The notes beneath the pieces were generated by a model. The model was not told the origin of the DNA and made no database searches. It was given only the letters and a program-made list of their open reading frames with translations. A DNA stretch of 64,000 bases from assembly GCA_965153355.1 (NCBI GenBank), contig OZ231126.1, forward strand, positions 12,896,001-12,960,000, written 5' to 3'. This document shows, in pieces, positions 1 through 14,899 of this stretch (position 1 is the first letter of the stretch; each line of letters starts with the position of its first letter). Made by a program: the position numbers and the translations under genes. The stretch is from Flaccisagitta enflata. Taxonomy: Eukaryota.

Positions 1-166
1 CCCCCCCCCACTAGCTTCAGCCTTTACTTTCTCACTTTCCCATTCTTATCCTTACAAATAGTTAAGATGAAAATATAAACAACAAGAATTTTACAGCTGT
101 CGGGCAGAGAGTTAAAAAATAATATTCTTAAACACATTCCAATCTATAGAAATTGCTACAATCATT

Positions 167-1854
167 TCAACAACCGGGCGAGATAGGTCCGTCTGATTGC
201 GATGAAACTCCATCTACTGCGGTTGCTGCAGTTGCTGCCGTGACGACCGGCTTGAACGCCGTAAACTTGGAGGCTCCAAGAATAGCACCGGTTGGCGAGG
301 ACATGCTGGAGCTTAGGGAAGCGGACGAAGGAGAAGTCATTAACAGCGAACTGGTGTTGCTGCCACTGTTGTTGTTACAGTTATTGTTGTTGCCACTGTT
401 GTTAGTATTTTCGCCGCGTCGCATTTGCGAAAAAGCTCCCGATGCGCCAAATGGATGCTCCAAGGAAGATAAAGAAGAAGAAGAGGATGAGGAAGCGTTG
501 TAAGTTGACGAGGGAGTTGGGCGGTGGATGACGCCGTCGTTGGATGAGGATCCCGTCGACGAGCCACTCGGCGTCCGCGGATGATGATGTTGATGAGGAT
601 GCTGCAGCAGTGGATGTTGCGGTAACTGTTGCTGCTGGTGCTGAAGCTGGAGAGGAGATTGTTGCTGTTGTTGCGATTGTTGCGAAAAGTAGTCTGACGA
701 AGAGGGTGACATTGTCGACGCCGGCGACAGCAGCGGCGAAGATGTCGAAGTTGTTAAAGAGGATTTTAGCGCCGACGCTGAGGAAGAGACGCCGCCGATG
801 CCGACGCCGCTCTGCAGCCTCGACAACGCCGCCATTTGAGACGCCGCAGCTGCTGCCGCGGCCGCCGCGCTCATCGCCGCTGCCGGATTCCGCGTCGGCG
901 ACGGGAAATAGACGCCGGAAGCGCCGCCGGGATGATGAGGATGTTGAGCGGATGAAGCGGCGTCATTTAGCGCCACCGTGGAGCCACTTCCGGCGGCAAA
1001 AAGTCTGGAGGAGGCCGTCGATGTCGGAATCGGCTTCGGAAGTCCGTTTGTCTGCACAGCCGCTAAATGTTGCTGTTGCTGTTGTTGTTGTTGTTGCTGT
1101 TGTTGTTGATGTTGTTGTTGCTGTTGAAGCGCAGCAGCTTGCAGATTGGCTGCGTACTGCGACGCCGCTGCCGATGCCGCTGAAGCCTGCTGTTGATGTT
1201 GATGATGGAACACCCCGTCAACCCAATTTCTCAAGTTCGACATCGGCGACGCGAAACCAGCCGATGCCGATGACGCCGCCGCGGCAGCCGCAGCTGCTGC
1301 GGCAGACTGAAGATGATGTTGTTGCTGCTGCTGCTGCTGTTGCTGTTGATGATGTAGCGATTGCTGATGCATTTGCTGTTGAGGAAACCCGTTGCTGCCG
1401 GGAAAGATGCCGCCGCCAGGAAATCTGCCGGGAGATTCGGGCTGCCGCAAGTAAGTATGTTGCTGTTGATGAAGATGATGAGAGGAGGAGGAAGAGGAGG
1501 AAGGAGGAGGAGGAGTGGAGGCGGTGGCGGTGGCGGCCAGACTCCAAATTCTGGGCTTGGAGGAGGAAGAGGAAGAAGCATCTGCGACAGTCGGTGATGA
1601 CAAAGGAGATCGACTGCGCTCCCGGCTGCCGTGAGAAGCCGGAGAGAGACGACCGGAAAGGGCTTTGGAACTGTGGTGGTCGTTGCTGTGGGGATGGTGG
1701 TTTGAGTTGTGGTGGTTAGGATTGTGGGGATGAGAAGAAGGAGGGGGAGGAGGAAGGGCGCCGTGAGGAGGAAGCGCCGGATGATGAGCGTGACGCAGGA
1801 GAGAGGAACGCCGCAGCGACTCGGCGTCATCGTGATCAGTCACAACGTCGATAT
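167..1854 (-). CDS. Irx: Duplicate Irx terminal exon 8' (IRO box)
   Basis: Open frame to the same TGA; roughly a dozen amino-acid substitutions and two in-frame codon indels relative to 31136-32829; acceptor tattCAG intact. Confidence 0.75.
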
Positions 1855-2124
1855 CTGAATAGGTGGTGGAGGAAGAGGAGGAAGAGGAGGAAGAGGAAGA
1901 GGAGTAAGTGGAGAAAGAAGAGGATGAAGACGAAGGGGATAAGGTGGAGGAAAGGAGGAGAGAGGAAGAAGGAGAATGGTTGTTAAAAAAAAACAGTACA
2001 CTGTACCTTCCGTAACGTTCTGTTTGCTTCTAACGACCGTGTAGCTTCTTGATCATCTACTTGTCTGTTTCTCTGTTTTTCCGTCAGACGGACTGGCTTT
2101 GTCCGTTTTTTCTCTTTCACTCAC

Positions 2125-2255
2125 CTATATCACCGAGATCATCATCGTCGTCATCGCCCAATAGGCTTTTCTTTTCTTTGGTATCGTCTTTGTCATCATC
2201 GTCGTCGTCGTCATCATCCTCTTTGTCTTTGTCATCATCGCCACCAACACGATTT
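2125..2255 (-). CDS. Irx: Duplicate Irx exon 7' (acidic region)
   Basis: 131 nt, identical translation to 33098-33228; 3 synonymous differences; splice sites intact. Confidence 0.75.
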
Positions 2256-2681
2256 CTGTGGAAATGACAGAGAAAAAAGATTCAAATAAAACATTATTCA
2301 TATTCATTATCTTTTTGTTTATTGTCAACCTAAATGAGGATAAAGAAAGAGTCAGAGAAAAAGAGAGGATGGAATGACAGGGTGAGAAAAGTGAGTAGAG
2401 AGGGTGGAAGGAACGGAGATGATGATGACAGAGCTGGACAGAGGAAGGAAGAAAGGAAGTAGAATCAGCCAGTCAGAGGTGGAAGAACAGGGAAAAGAGG
2501 AGGAAGAAGAGGAGGAGGAAGAGGCAGAGAAAAAGAGAGAAAAAAAGTGAAGAAGATGAATATCGAAATTCCATCAATGCTCATGCAGATGGCACCGAGG
2601 TGGTACGCCTCAATCGAAAACAGATCATAATCATCGACTCCATCATCATCAACGTCAGAACCGGCACCATCATCATCGCGG

Positions 2682-3050
<369 letters not shown>

Positions 3051-3071
3051 ATAATTATCATCAACACTAAC

Positions 3072-3186
3072 CTAGGTGACCAGGTCATTTTGTTTTCCTT
3101 TTTGAGCCTCCTTCTGGCATTGGCAAACCATGTTGAAACTTGAGTCAATGTCATCTTTGTGATAATCGCCAACATGATTTTCTCTC
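3072..3186 (-). CDS. Irx: Duplicate Irx exon 6' (homeodomain C-terminal half)
   Basis: Same 115 nt length and identical translation to 33955-34069; 3 synonymous differences; CAG acceptor and GTTAGT donor intact. Expression unproven. Confidence 0.75.
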
Positions 3187-3445
3187 CTGAAAATGCAAAA
3201 AAAAAAGAAAATGATTTGGTTTGAGAAGAATAAACAAGTGTTGCTAAACCTCAAAGCCTTCAAAAAGATGAAACATAAGTTTGTGATTTGGTAAATTGTA
3301 TCGGGGAAGCGATACAACGGGAAAAGCATGGAAGGTTCCAGTTATTTACAAAACGAAGCGGGAAAATACATTCTCATTTAAAATTAATCGTGACCTCAGC
3401 CTTCCTCCTTTCCTCCCTGGCTCTCTCCTCCTTTCCTTTCTTTAT

Positions 3446-4056
3446 GACAGCGTCCCCCCGAAGGCAACATTTGTGTTTCAAAGAGGGTCAAAATGGAAAT
3501 TATGAATGAATACAAACGGAAAAACAAGTGAATGATAGTGATTTAGATAGCACAGACATGATATCTAAAAGAAAAATTTGCATTTATTTAGCAAGAAAAA
3601 TCAAATTTAGTCAATGTTACTAAAGAAAATTTATTGGAAATTTCTACTTTTTTCACTTTTGGTCGCTGACAGGGGGCTGGTCTAAATTCTAAATTTGCAT
3701 AGAAAATGAAAAAATGAAAAAACAAAGAACATAGTTCTCTTCCCAAATCGATTACAGAGAGAACTATGTTTTTCAAAATGCAAAATTTCCCTGTGTATGG
3801 CTTTCTTAGAATTTAGACCACAGAAAATGAAAAAAAGTGTAAGCAGAAATTTGCTAAAAACCATCATTTTCCTGCTTGTTTCCATAAGAATCGCATAGTT
3901 CAAATTACTTTTTTGGTCAGAATATGATAATAAGGTATAAACCAAGTGTCTTTAGAGACAATTTATCTACTAAAAGCATTCTAGCTTTGTTACTGTCCTG
4001 ATAATGATGCAAAAAGTATGTTGAAACACTTAATTTTCCTTCGAAAATTCGCCGTC
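3446..4056. mobile_element. Non-autonomous DNA transposon (MITE-like), present only in the duplicate copy
   Basis: 36-bp imperfect TIRs (gacagcgtccccccgaaggcaacatttgtgtttcaa / rc gacggcgaattttcgaaggaaaattaagtgtttcaa), flanked by TTAT on both sides; absent at the homologous site ~34325. Confidence 0.8.
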
Positions 4057-4225
4057 TTATCCTCTCTTTTCCCATCGCTTCTTCTTTCTCTCACTTCTCT
4101 TCTTCCTTTTCGTCTTCTTCTTCTTCGTCTTCGTTTTTTTCTTCTTCTGCCTCTTCTTTCCCACTTTTCGCTCTTTAATCTCAAAGGCTTCTCACCTTTT
4201 CTAGGGTAAGGATTTTCATAGCCGA

Positions 4226-4860
<635 letters not shown>

Positions 4861-5327
4861 TTTACTGATTGTGATATCAAGCGTGTACTATTCATCATTT
4901 CGTTCGTCTTACGTTGGAAATTCTGCGATGAATACTGTTGTATTGATGATTGTGTCGGTGAAAATACATCAAGGGGCCGCCACCGAAGTGGTCTGAGGGT
5001 TATGAATAAATCTTTCAATTTCAATTTCAATTTCGATTTCAGGGCCCAAATCCCAGCCTGAAGACCTAAATCCTAGCCTCAAGGCCAAAATCCCAGTCTT
5101 AAGGCCCAAATCCCCGCCCAAAATGCCAGCCCTAAGGCCCCAATCCCAATTGCTAGAAGGAGGAGAAAATTCCTCATATGTGTGAAAGCATAGGTCATCG
5201 ACCCCTTCGGGGACGCTGCCCTGCTCCCTCCCTCAATATTAATCACAACCTAATTGGGCAGGGCACGGGTACCGCTGACCATCTGACGCTTTTGCGACTT
5301 TTTGATTATACAAAACTTTCTTGCATT

Positions 5328-5895
5328 TTTTTTAGTTGCGTGCTTCGCGACTGTATAACTCGCTATGTTGGTCGGTCCGTCAGTTTGTCCGTCGGTCTCT
5401 GTTAGCTTCTACGGCTTTTTTGGGCGTCTTTTGCAATACTGCTCCTGCCCAAACGCTCATGTTAACCTTTTTGAGCAGCGGCCCCAAAGGGCCGATGTTC
5501 TGTAGGACACAGGGGAGAATTTCCTGACGTCCGTCTGTCCTTCCATCTGTCCATCCTTCTGTCTGTCCGTCCTTCCTCTGTCCATCCTTCCGTCCCCCCC
5601 CCTCATTGGCCATCGGGCCCTCAAATCGGCACTCTCAGGCCTGATTTAGGCCCTCAAATATGCTCTCCAGGCATCAAATCATCCCTCAAATCAGCCGGTG
5701 CAGCCCTCCAGACCTCAAATCAGCTCTCCAGGCCTTAAAACAGCCTTCCAGGCCTCATATCATCACTCTACTTCTTCAGCTGATCACTCCCAGCAGGGCA
5801 TCGGGTACCGCTGACCATGTGCGTTCCTTGGATGATTAGTTATCACTGCCCCTGCCACCCCACGCGGCTTCGGCAGCCGTGGATTCGGCCTTGTT
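5328..5895. mobile_element. Nested DINE-1/HINE-like elements (family 2 at ~5468-5835 inserted into family 1)
   Basis: Family-1 start tttttagttgcgtgc and end ...ggcagccgtggattcggccttgtt are split by a family-2 element beginning tttttgagcagcggcccc in a T-run. Confidence 0.6.
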
Positions 5896-7105
5896 CTGTT
5901 CACCTTGTTCCTTCAGTTCTTACTTATATTTTCTTCCTTTTCCCTCGTTGTTTTGATTCTTGCTTTCGTTTTCTTTCTCTATTTCTCTTTCTTTCTTTTT
6001 TGAGCTATTTTCTTTACCTGGTTGTCTCTACTCCAAAGCGCACCTACGCAAAAAAGCGATGAGAAACGGTGTTCTAGACCCTCCCCCCAATCGCTTTCCC
6101 GCTTACCCAATCTAATTTGTTTTCATGATGCCTTCTAACAAATGATGAAAACGAAGATGTCAACTGTTGTTCCACTTTTAATTTCGGCTTTGATAAAAGA
6201 AAAAAAAACACGAGAGAAAAGAAGAATTGGCGTGATTAGATTTCAAGATTGTCTGATCTCTTCCTTGATCTTTTTCTACTTTTTTCTATGTTAACTCTTT
6301 TTCATTTTATTTTCTTTCTTTTTTTCGACGTGATTTTTTTTTCCATTTCTCAACTCTCTAATCCTAATCTAATTCCCTATCCGATGTCTTTGCAAAAAAA
6401 AAATATATGTTGTTTTGTATTTACATGTAAGAAAAAGCCATCATCGTGTCCAAAGATAACTATTGTCAACATTTGAGGAGAGGATTAGAAGAAACTAGAA
6501 AGCAGGAGAAACTTTGATATAAGGCAGATAGAAGAAGCAAGGCAAATTGAGAAAATGGGTACAGATATGTACAGATTTGTAAAGGGAGGATAAGGCAAGA
6601 ATTGGAGTAAGGCCCGATACACAGCCAACAAAAACGTCTTAAATCTCGTCTGGGACGAAGAGGCAGCGATGAGAATCAAGCATTCGAACTGGGGAAGCGA
6701 ACAAATGTGCGTAAACGCTGAAAAAGTAGTGCTACTTTCTGATGGACGGGCCGACTGACCAATCGACATAATGAACTACTTTGAAGAAAGCAGGGAGACC
6801 AATGTGGGAAATGGGAGAGTAAAACAAAGGAGCAGGAGGACGCGAAATAGGGATAGAAGGAAGATGAGGTGGCGGTGGCGGTGGCGGCGGTGGCGGTGGC
6901 GGCGGCAACGGTGGCGGTGGCGGCGGCAACGGTGGTGGAGGTTGTGAAGGTGTTGGTGGTCGTGGCGGCAGCGGTTGCGGTGGCGGTGGCGATGGCGGAG
7001 GCGGCATTCTGGTAATTTGTCATGAAATTATCCTTTGATGGTTGACGGTTTTGTCTACGCCTCCGCAGATAGTTAAGAATAGCCGGAAACCGAATGGGGA
7101 AAAAA

Positions 7106-7266
<161 letters not shown>

Positions 7267-7420
7267 TTGCTGTACTGCGATGAGTTTTTGTTTTGTGGGT
7301 TTCTTTCTTCTGCCTCGATGTCTACCTGTACAGCATAATTCGGTTTATTCAATGCTGAAAATGCAGCATTTGTCTTGTGGGTGAAATGAGTTGCGACTAG
7401 TAAATCACGACTTTTTGTTC

Positions 7421-7490
<70 letters not shown>

Positions 7491-7671
7491 CTTTTTCCCC
7501 TTATCCTTTTGCTTTTGTCGCGCGCCCAAAATAAATCGAGGCTTAATGAGGGCCCATCTTTCATTTCCTCCAAATGAATTCATCATCGCCCTGGATTTGA
7601 TTTCTTCGGCACGTTCTCGCCTTTTTTCCGCCTTCAAGCTCCTTTTTTTCAGAAATTAGTGGAAGCGAGAA

Positions 7672-7778
<107 letters not shown>

Positions 7779-8112
7779 CAGGACGGATTATGAAAAAGAA
7801 AAAAAAAAAAAAAACACAAGTCTGAAAAGATAAAAAAAAATTTTGTGTGAGGGCATGGGGTGCCCCATTGGGGTGGCATGGTATGGATGCACGTGTCGAA
7901 CCAAACGACAGTTTCTTCTTTGAATTTGTGCCGCCCCTGACGGAAAGAAGCTTTATTCAATGAACATGATTTCGAATTTTCCTCACTCGATAGCAAACCA
8001 TTCGATTGGCAATTCTTTAGAACCATTAGCTTGCCCTACACCCGCACATTGGACGGTTATTTTACACTAGCGCCACGCTTGATTCAGTCTGTGACGCGAT
8101 GAAGGCAACCTA

Positions 8113-9318
8113 CAGTATGATTTTTCTCGTTTGGAATATTCTATGACGATTTAGCTCGAAAAGTTTTAGAGCTAGAGAAAAATGAATTCTGAAAAAGTTC
8201 CTGAAAGATATTGGAAATGCATTTTATGAATTATGATGTGTGATTCGCTGGACTTTTTTTTACAAGAATCTGAACCTTTTGACTAATAAAGAAATGTGGA
8301 TCAAAATCAGATGTGTCTCTCTCATATTTCAAATCGATCTAAAGACGGTGTATGTCACATGATCAATACACGCTGAGACACAGCCCGGACGCATCGTTGC
8401 CCGGTCGGGCTTGTTTAAAGTTTCTTACTAAACAAATTTTTTTTAAGTTGCTCTAAATTCTAAATGGATTGAGCTACAGATACCAGATTGGTCTCAAATT
8501 AAAGCTAATTTGCAGTAATCTTAAGAAATACAAAGATGGAAACTTTTCTTCAATGGTGTTTCGCATTAGACATGAAGGCACATGATGTCTCGACTGAAGT
8601 ATTGATCGGGAGTTGATTTAAAGGTCACTAAACCATCTCAGATATCAAATGAGCCTCTCAACTCAGGTTGTCCCAAGACCTACTTCATAATACCTTCCAT
8701 TTGAGATCAATCTGGTGTCAGTACTACCTAGGAAAAAAGTCTACGTTCACTTAAGGAGGAAGTTGATTTACTGAATAAATATCAAGAGGGTGAGAGATTT
8801 CTTTTTTTCAGTACCTCATCTAATGTCCCGCCTAGGCTTTGACCACTTCCATTTGGCTTAGTGACAGTCTTTTGAGTCTAAACATGAATTCTGCCAAGAC
8901 ATGTCAGCACCAATTCTAGCGCATTCTTTCTCAGCCACTCATATGATACCATTGGTTCCTCCTGTTCCAGACACTTAAATTTAGGCAAAACATTTTCATC
9001 TGGAGTGAAATTGAGATGAAATGGAACACGCAAATGTTGGTTGATATAAAAATCCAAAATGATGTACTATATATTCCAAAACAATGCTATAACTTGCTTG
9101 TTGATATACGCGCTCACTAAAACAGATTCACCTCTCATTTTTCTGCATTTTCAAAAAAGGGCAGTCATCTTCAGATTGCTCTCATTTCCAAACGCTTTGA
9201 TACACAACATAAGATGTATTTCCCATATCTTTCAGGAACTTTTTTCAGAATTCAATTATCTTTAAAACTTTTGGAGTTATGTCGTCATACAATATTCCAA
9301 ACGAGAAAAAACATACTG
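8113..9318. mobile_element. Non-autonomous Tc1/mariner-type element
   Basis: TA-CAGTATG...CATACTG-TA termini with more than 100 bp of imperfect inverted repeat; no transposase ORF. Confidence 0.75.
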
Positions 9319-9997
9319 TAATCGAAGCTGGTCCTTTCTTGAATACCGGGTGATCATTGATCAATGACAAGAGCAAGGCAGGGTATACGGCTACCCAAGT
9401 TGCGCGTGTTTGAGCAGAAGCAATGGAAGAATAGGCTAATCAAGCATTTGGGCAGGGTCATCGGAGCTAGAACTGCTGTAAAGGCCAAATAGCGGACAAA
9501 CAGATGGACAGACCGTCTAACGAAATAACCAGCCCACCGACATGGAAAGGTAAAGAATAACCAATTATGTTACTTCAATCATCCTTGTAAGATGTAACTT
9601 CTTTTTTGAACACCCGGTAGCAGTTACAAATAATAACAATATAAAGTGGAGCGATAAAGAAAGCCCAAATGAATAGGAATGAAAAACCTAACATATTGTC
9701 TTTAAAATATAACTTTTCTAATGAGCCTGTTTTGCAACAATTTAGATAAAGAAAACGAATCTTTCTGTTCTCATTGGCAAAGTTAAAAATGAAACGGCAA
9801 AGAAGAAAAATAAGAACAAAAAGAATTATGCAAATGATGAAAAGGGATCCTAGAGGAGCGGTACAAAAAACAAACGAAAATTAAACTCCCTCTTTAAAAT
9901 TCATTTTAATTAGCTTGGTCTTCCTCCAAGCGCACGTCTGCTTCGTGACGTTTCACGAGCGCAACAAGAGAACTTTAGGGATGGAGGGTGTTCTTTC

Positions 9998-10111
<114 letters not shown>

Positions 10112-10135
10112 TGTGTATGTGTGTGTGTGTGTGTG

Positions 10136-10202
<67 letters not shown>

Positions 10203-13200
10203 GTGTTTCAGATCAGGGCTATGGTCTCCGATGGGGCTGGCTGTAAAATTGGAGTTGTGGTATAGTTAGGGGAAGGCCCCAGGCACCATAGTTGGGCACC
10301 CAGAGGCCCCTACAAGTAACACCAACTCTGCGAAGGTTGAAAAACGACCATAAATGACCGAAAATGACAAAATCACTTTAAAATTCCAAAATATTGATTA
10401 TTTTGGCAAATTAATCCAATTTCTTTTTCTGGTTCACACAGTTATAACTTATGGAAGTGGTCTAGGCCAAGAAATGGCCAGCAGATGCGATAGGGGGCTG
10501 TCAAGAACTCAAAAATGGCCAAAAAAAGACCCTGAAAATGAACTGTTTTGAGCATACTCAAAAATGAATGAAAAATAATGAAAATTTTTCTTCCTTAGGG
10601 CAATTTTTCCACTCATATAGGCTCAGTGGAGTGCAAGGGGCAGATAACTGCAAAAAATTCAACCCTGAAATTAAAAACAGGCTCCATATAGGACGAAATA
10701 AAGACAAAAAATTACCAAAAGTGACAAAAACGCTTCAAAATTGAAAAAGATTGATTAATTAAACAAATCAACTCAACTTTTTGTACTGGTTCATACAGTT
10801 GTAAGTTCTAGAAGTGATCTAGACCGATAAATGGTTTTTGAGAGTGTTTGAGGGCCAATAAGAACCCAAAAATGGCCAAAAAAGACCTAAAAATGCATTT
10901 TTTTACACATTTTCAAAATCCAATGAAAAATAATGAAATTTTTTCCTCCTAATGGCAATTTTTCCAGTCATATAGGCTCAATGGAGTGCAAGGGCCGATA
11001 ACTGCAAAAAAATAAGCCCTGGAATTTAAAACAGGCCCCATAGAGGTCGAAATAATGACCGAAAATGACCAAAAATGACAAAAAACGCGTCAAAATTTAA
11101 AAAAAATTGATTAATTAGGCAAATGAACCCAATTGTTTTACTGGTTCATACAGTTGTGAGTTCTAGAAGTGATTTAGACCAAAAAATGGACAGTGGGAGC
11201 GTTTGGGGGCCAATAAGAACCCAAAAATGGCCGAAAAAGACCTAATAATGCATTTTTTTACACATTTTCAATATGAAATGAAATATGAAAAAATGAAGCA
11301 TTAAATAATGAAATATGAAATAATGAAATATGAAATAATGAAATTTTTTTCTCCTAATGGCGATTATTCCAATGTGTGCAAGGGGCTGATAACTGCAAAA
11401 AATTCAACCCTGGAATTTAAAACAGGCCCCGTAGAATTTGAAATAATGACCAAAAATGACCAAAAATGACAAAAACGCTTTGAAATTAAAAAAATTTATT
11501 TATTAGGCAAATCAAGCCAATTTTTTTCACTGGTTCATACAGTTGTTAGTTCTAGAATTGACCCAAAAATGACCAAAGAGACCTAAATATGCATTTTTTT
11601 ACACAATTTCAAAATCAAATGAAAAATAACGAAATTTATTCCTCCCAATGGCAATCTTTCCACTCATAGAGTGCAAGGGGCAAGGGCAATATGTGGTCAG
11701 CAATACCCTGCTATGTATGTTGGTGAATGTAGGTGATGGGTAGCAGAGCAGCGGCTCCGAAGGATGTCCTGTAGAACACAGGGGGACTTTCGTTCGTTCG
11801 TTTGTCCGTTCATGATTGCAGATTTGAGCCTTAGGGCTGGGAGTTGAGCCTCAATGCTGGGATTTGAGCCTTGAGGCTGGGATTTTTTAGCCTCAAGGCT
11901 AGGACGCTGAGCCTAAGGCTGGGATTTGAGCCCTGAGGCTGGGATTTGAGCCCTGAGGCTGGGATTGCGCCTGAGGCTGATTTGAGTCTGGAGGTTGGAT
12001 TTGAGCCTTGAGGCTGTGATTTGAGCCTTGAGGCTGGGATTTGAGCCTTGAGGCTAGGATCTGAGCCTTGAGGCTGGGATTTGAGCCTTAAGGCTAGGAT
12101 TTGAGCCTCCAGGATGATGTTTGAGCCTCGAGGCTGGAGCTAGAGCCCAGAGGCTGGGTTTTGAGCCTCAAGGCTGGGGTTTGAGCCTCAGGGGAGGATG
12201 CACACACGCACGTACAAATGAACGAACGAATGAAGTCCCCCTGTGTTCTACAGGACATCGTCCCCTTCGGAACCGCTGCCTAAAAATGCAACCCTGGAAT
12301 TCAAAACAGGCCCTGTAAAGATTGAAATAATGACCAAAAATGAGCGAAAATGACCAAAAAAGACAAAAACTCTTTAAAACTAAAAAAAATTAGGCCAATC
12401 GAGCCCATGTTTTTCACTGGTTCATACAGTTGTAAGTACTAGAATTGATGTAGACCAATAAAAGGCCAGTGGGAGCGTTTGGGAGCCGAAAAGAACCCAA
12501 AAATGACCAAAAAAGACCTAAAAATGCATTATTTTACACATTTTCTAAATCCAAATAAAAAAAAAAAATGAAATTTTTCCCTCCTTATGGCAATTTTCCC
12601 ACTTATATAGGCTAAATGGAGTGCAAGGGGCATTTTTCGACCTCTACGGGGCCTGTTTTTAATTCCAGGGTTGAATCTTTTGCAGTTATCAGCCCCTTGC
12701 ACTCCATTGAGCTTATATGAGTGGAAAAATTGTCATTGGGAGGAAAGAATTTCATTATTTTTCATTTGATTTTGAAAATTTGTAAAAAAATGCATTTTTA
12801 GGTCTATTTGGCCATTTTTGGGTTCTATTCGGCCCCCAAACGCTCCCACTGGCCTTGAGTCTAGATCACTTCTAGAACTTACAACTGTATGAACCAGAGA
12901 AAAATTGGCTTGATTTGCCTAATCAATTTTTTTTTAATTTTGAAGCGTTTTGTCATTTTTGGTCATTTTTGGTCATTATTTCAAATTCTACGGGGCCTGT
13001 TTTAAATTCCAGGGTTGAACTTTTTGCAGTTATCAGCCCCTTGCACTCCATTGAGCCTACATGATTGGAAAAATTGCCATTAGGAGGAAAAAATTTCATT
13101 ATTTTTCATTGGATAAAGAAAATGTGCGAAAAAATGCATTTTTAGGTCTTTTTTGGCCATTTTTGGGTTCGTATTGGCCCCCAAATGCTCCCACTGGCCA

Positions 13201-14547
13201 TTTATTGGTCTAGATCACTTCTAGAACTCACAACTGTATGAACTAGTAAAAAAGAATGGGTTGATTTGCATAATTAATCAATCTTTTTTTTAATTTTGAC
13301 GCGTTCTTTTGTTATTTTTGGTCATTTTCGGTCATTATTTCGACCTCTATGGAGCTTGTTTTAAATTCCAGGGGTGAATTTTTTGCAGTCATCAGCCCCT
13401 TGCACTCTATTGAGCCTATATGATTGGAAAAATTGCCATTAGGAGGAAAAAATTTCATTATTTTTCATTGGATTTTGAAAATGTGTAAAAAAATGCATTT
13501 TTAGGTCTTTTTTGGCCATTTTTGGGTTCTTATTGGCCCCCAAACGCTCCCACTGGCCATTTATTGGTCTAGATCACTTCTAGAACTTACAACTGCATGA
13601 ACCAGTATAAAAAATTGGGTTGATTTGCGTAATTAATCAATTTTTTTTAATTTTGAAGCGTTATTTGTCATTTTTGGTAATTTTTGGTCATTATTTCAAC
13701 CTCTATGGAGCTTGTTTTAAATTCCAGGGGTGAATTTTTTGCAGTCATCAGCCCCTTGCACTCCATTGAGCCTATATGATTGGAAAAATTGCCATTAGGA
13801 GGAAAAAATTTCATTATTTTTCATTGGATTTTAAAAAAGTGTGTTAAAAAATGCATTTTTAGGTCTTTTTTGGCCATTTTTGGGTTCTTATTGGCCCCCA
13901 AACGCTCCCACTGGCCATTTATTGGTCTAGATCACTTCTAGAACTTACAACTGTATGAACCAGTAAAAAAAATTGGGTTGATTTGCCTATTTAATCAATT
14001 TTTTTTTAATTTTGAAGCGTTATTATCATTTTTGGTCATTTTTAGTCATTATTTCGATCTATATGGGGCCTTTTTTAATTTTAGGGTTGAATTTTTTGCA
14101 GTTATCAGCCCCTTGCACTCCACTGAGCCTATATGAGTGGAAAAATTGCCCTAAGGAGGAAAAATTTTCATTATTTTTCATTAATTTTTGAGTATGCTTA
14201 AAACAGTTCATTTTTAGGTCTTTTTTTAGCCATTTTTGAGTTCTTGACAGCCCCCCTATCGCATCTGCTGGCCATTTCTCAGCCTAGACCACTTCCATAA
14301 GTTACAACTGTGTGAACCAGTAAAAGAAATTGGATTAATTTGCCAAAATAATCAATTTTTTTTAATTTTGAAGTGATTTTGTCATTTTCGATCATTTTTG
14401 GTCGTTTTTTCAACCTTCGCAGAGTTGGTGTTACTCGTAGGGGCCTCTGGGTGCCCAACTATGGTGCCTGGGGCCTTCCCCCAACTATACCACAACTCCA
14501 ATTTTACAGCCAGCCTCATCGGAGACCATAGCCCTGATCTGAAACAC
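10203..14547. mobile_element. Foldback-type palindromic element with modular ~360-bp repeat arms
   Basis: Ends gtgtttcagatcagggctatggtctccg / cggagaccatagccctgatctgaaacac are inverted repeats. About 5 tandem units per arm in mirror orientation, centre ~12630. Flanked by direct repeat tgtgtgtgtggg (10191-10202, 14548-14559). Confidence 0.85.
11690..12286. mobile_element. HINE-like family-2 element nested in the foldback element
   Basis: Subterminal inverted segments (gcagcggc...cctgtagaacacagggg / cccctgtgttctacagg...ccgctgcc) around a ~21-bp minisatellite (gaggctgggatttgagcctt). Confidence 0.7.
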
Positions 14548-14899
14548 TGTGTGTGTGGGAGATGAAGGGGGGAGGGTCGGGGATGGAGTTAAGTAGTAGG
14601 AAGGGCTTGTTGTTGATCGGAATGATGATTTTAAAAAAGCGACTGGCGGTGTTTAAGAATAATGGTGTCTATTGGATATGAAGTAGTATGGGGAGATTGT
14701 GAGAAAACTTGATGATGGAGTAATGAGAGTCATGCAGGTTTTGTATTGTGGCATCTAGTATCAAAAGAGGAATGGACATTTGGGAACACTCTGGGGAATA
14801 GTGCGTAGGGGGATAAGAGGGGAAATGATCTTAATCACAAACACACTGACAAGACTTACATTGAAAGAGACAGAAAGACAGACATGCCCTTTTCAGAGG

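Noticed and set aside
153-1719. Plus-strand and alternate-frame ORFs over exon 8' (and 31209-32928 over exon 8)
   Set aside because: Shadows of GC-rich, low-complexity Irx coding sequence with no recognisable domain.
6017-7023. ORF MTNYQNAASAIATAT...FYPYF and a CAG|GTAAAG donor as a replacement 5' end for the duplicate
   Set aside because: The ORF is a GCC/ACC simple repeat without a donor, and the short candidate exon at ~6018-6043 has a stop in the phase needed to join exon 6'.
11830-12190. Regular short repeats as a CRISPR array
   Set aside because: Head-to-tail minisatellite without unique spacers in eukaryotic DNA; no cas genes.
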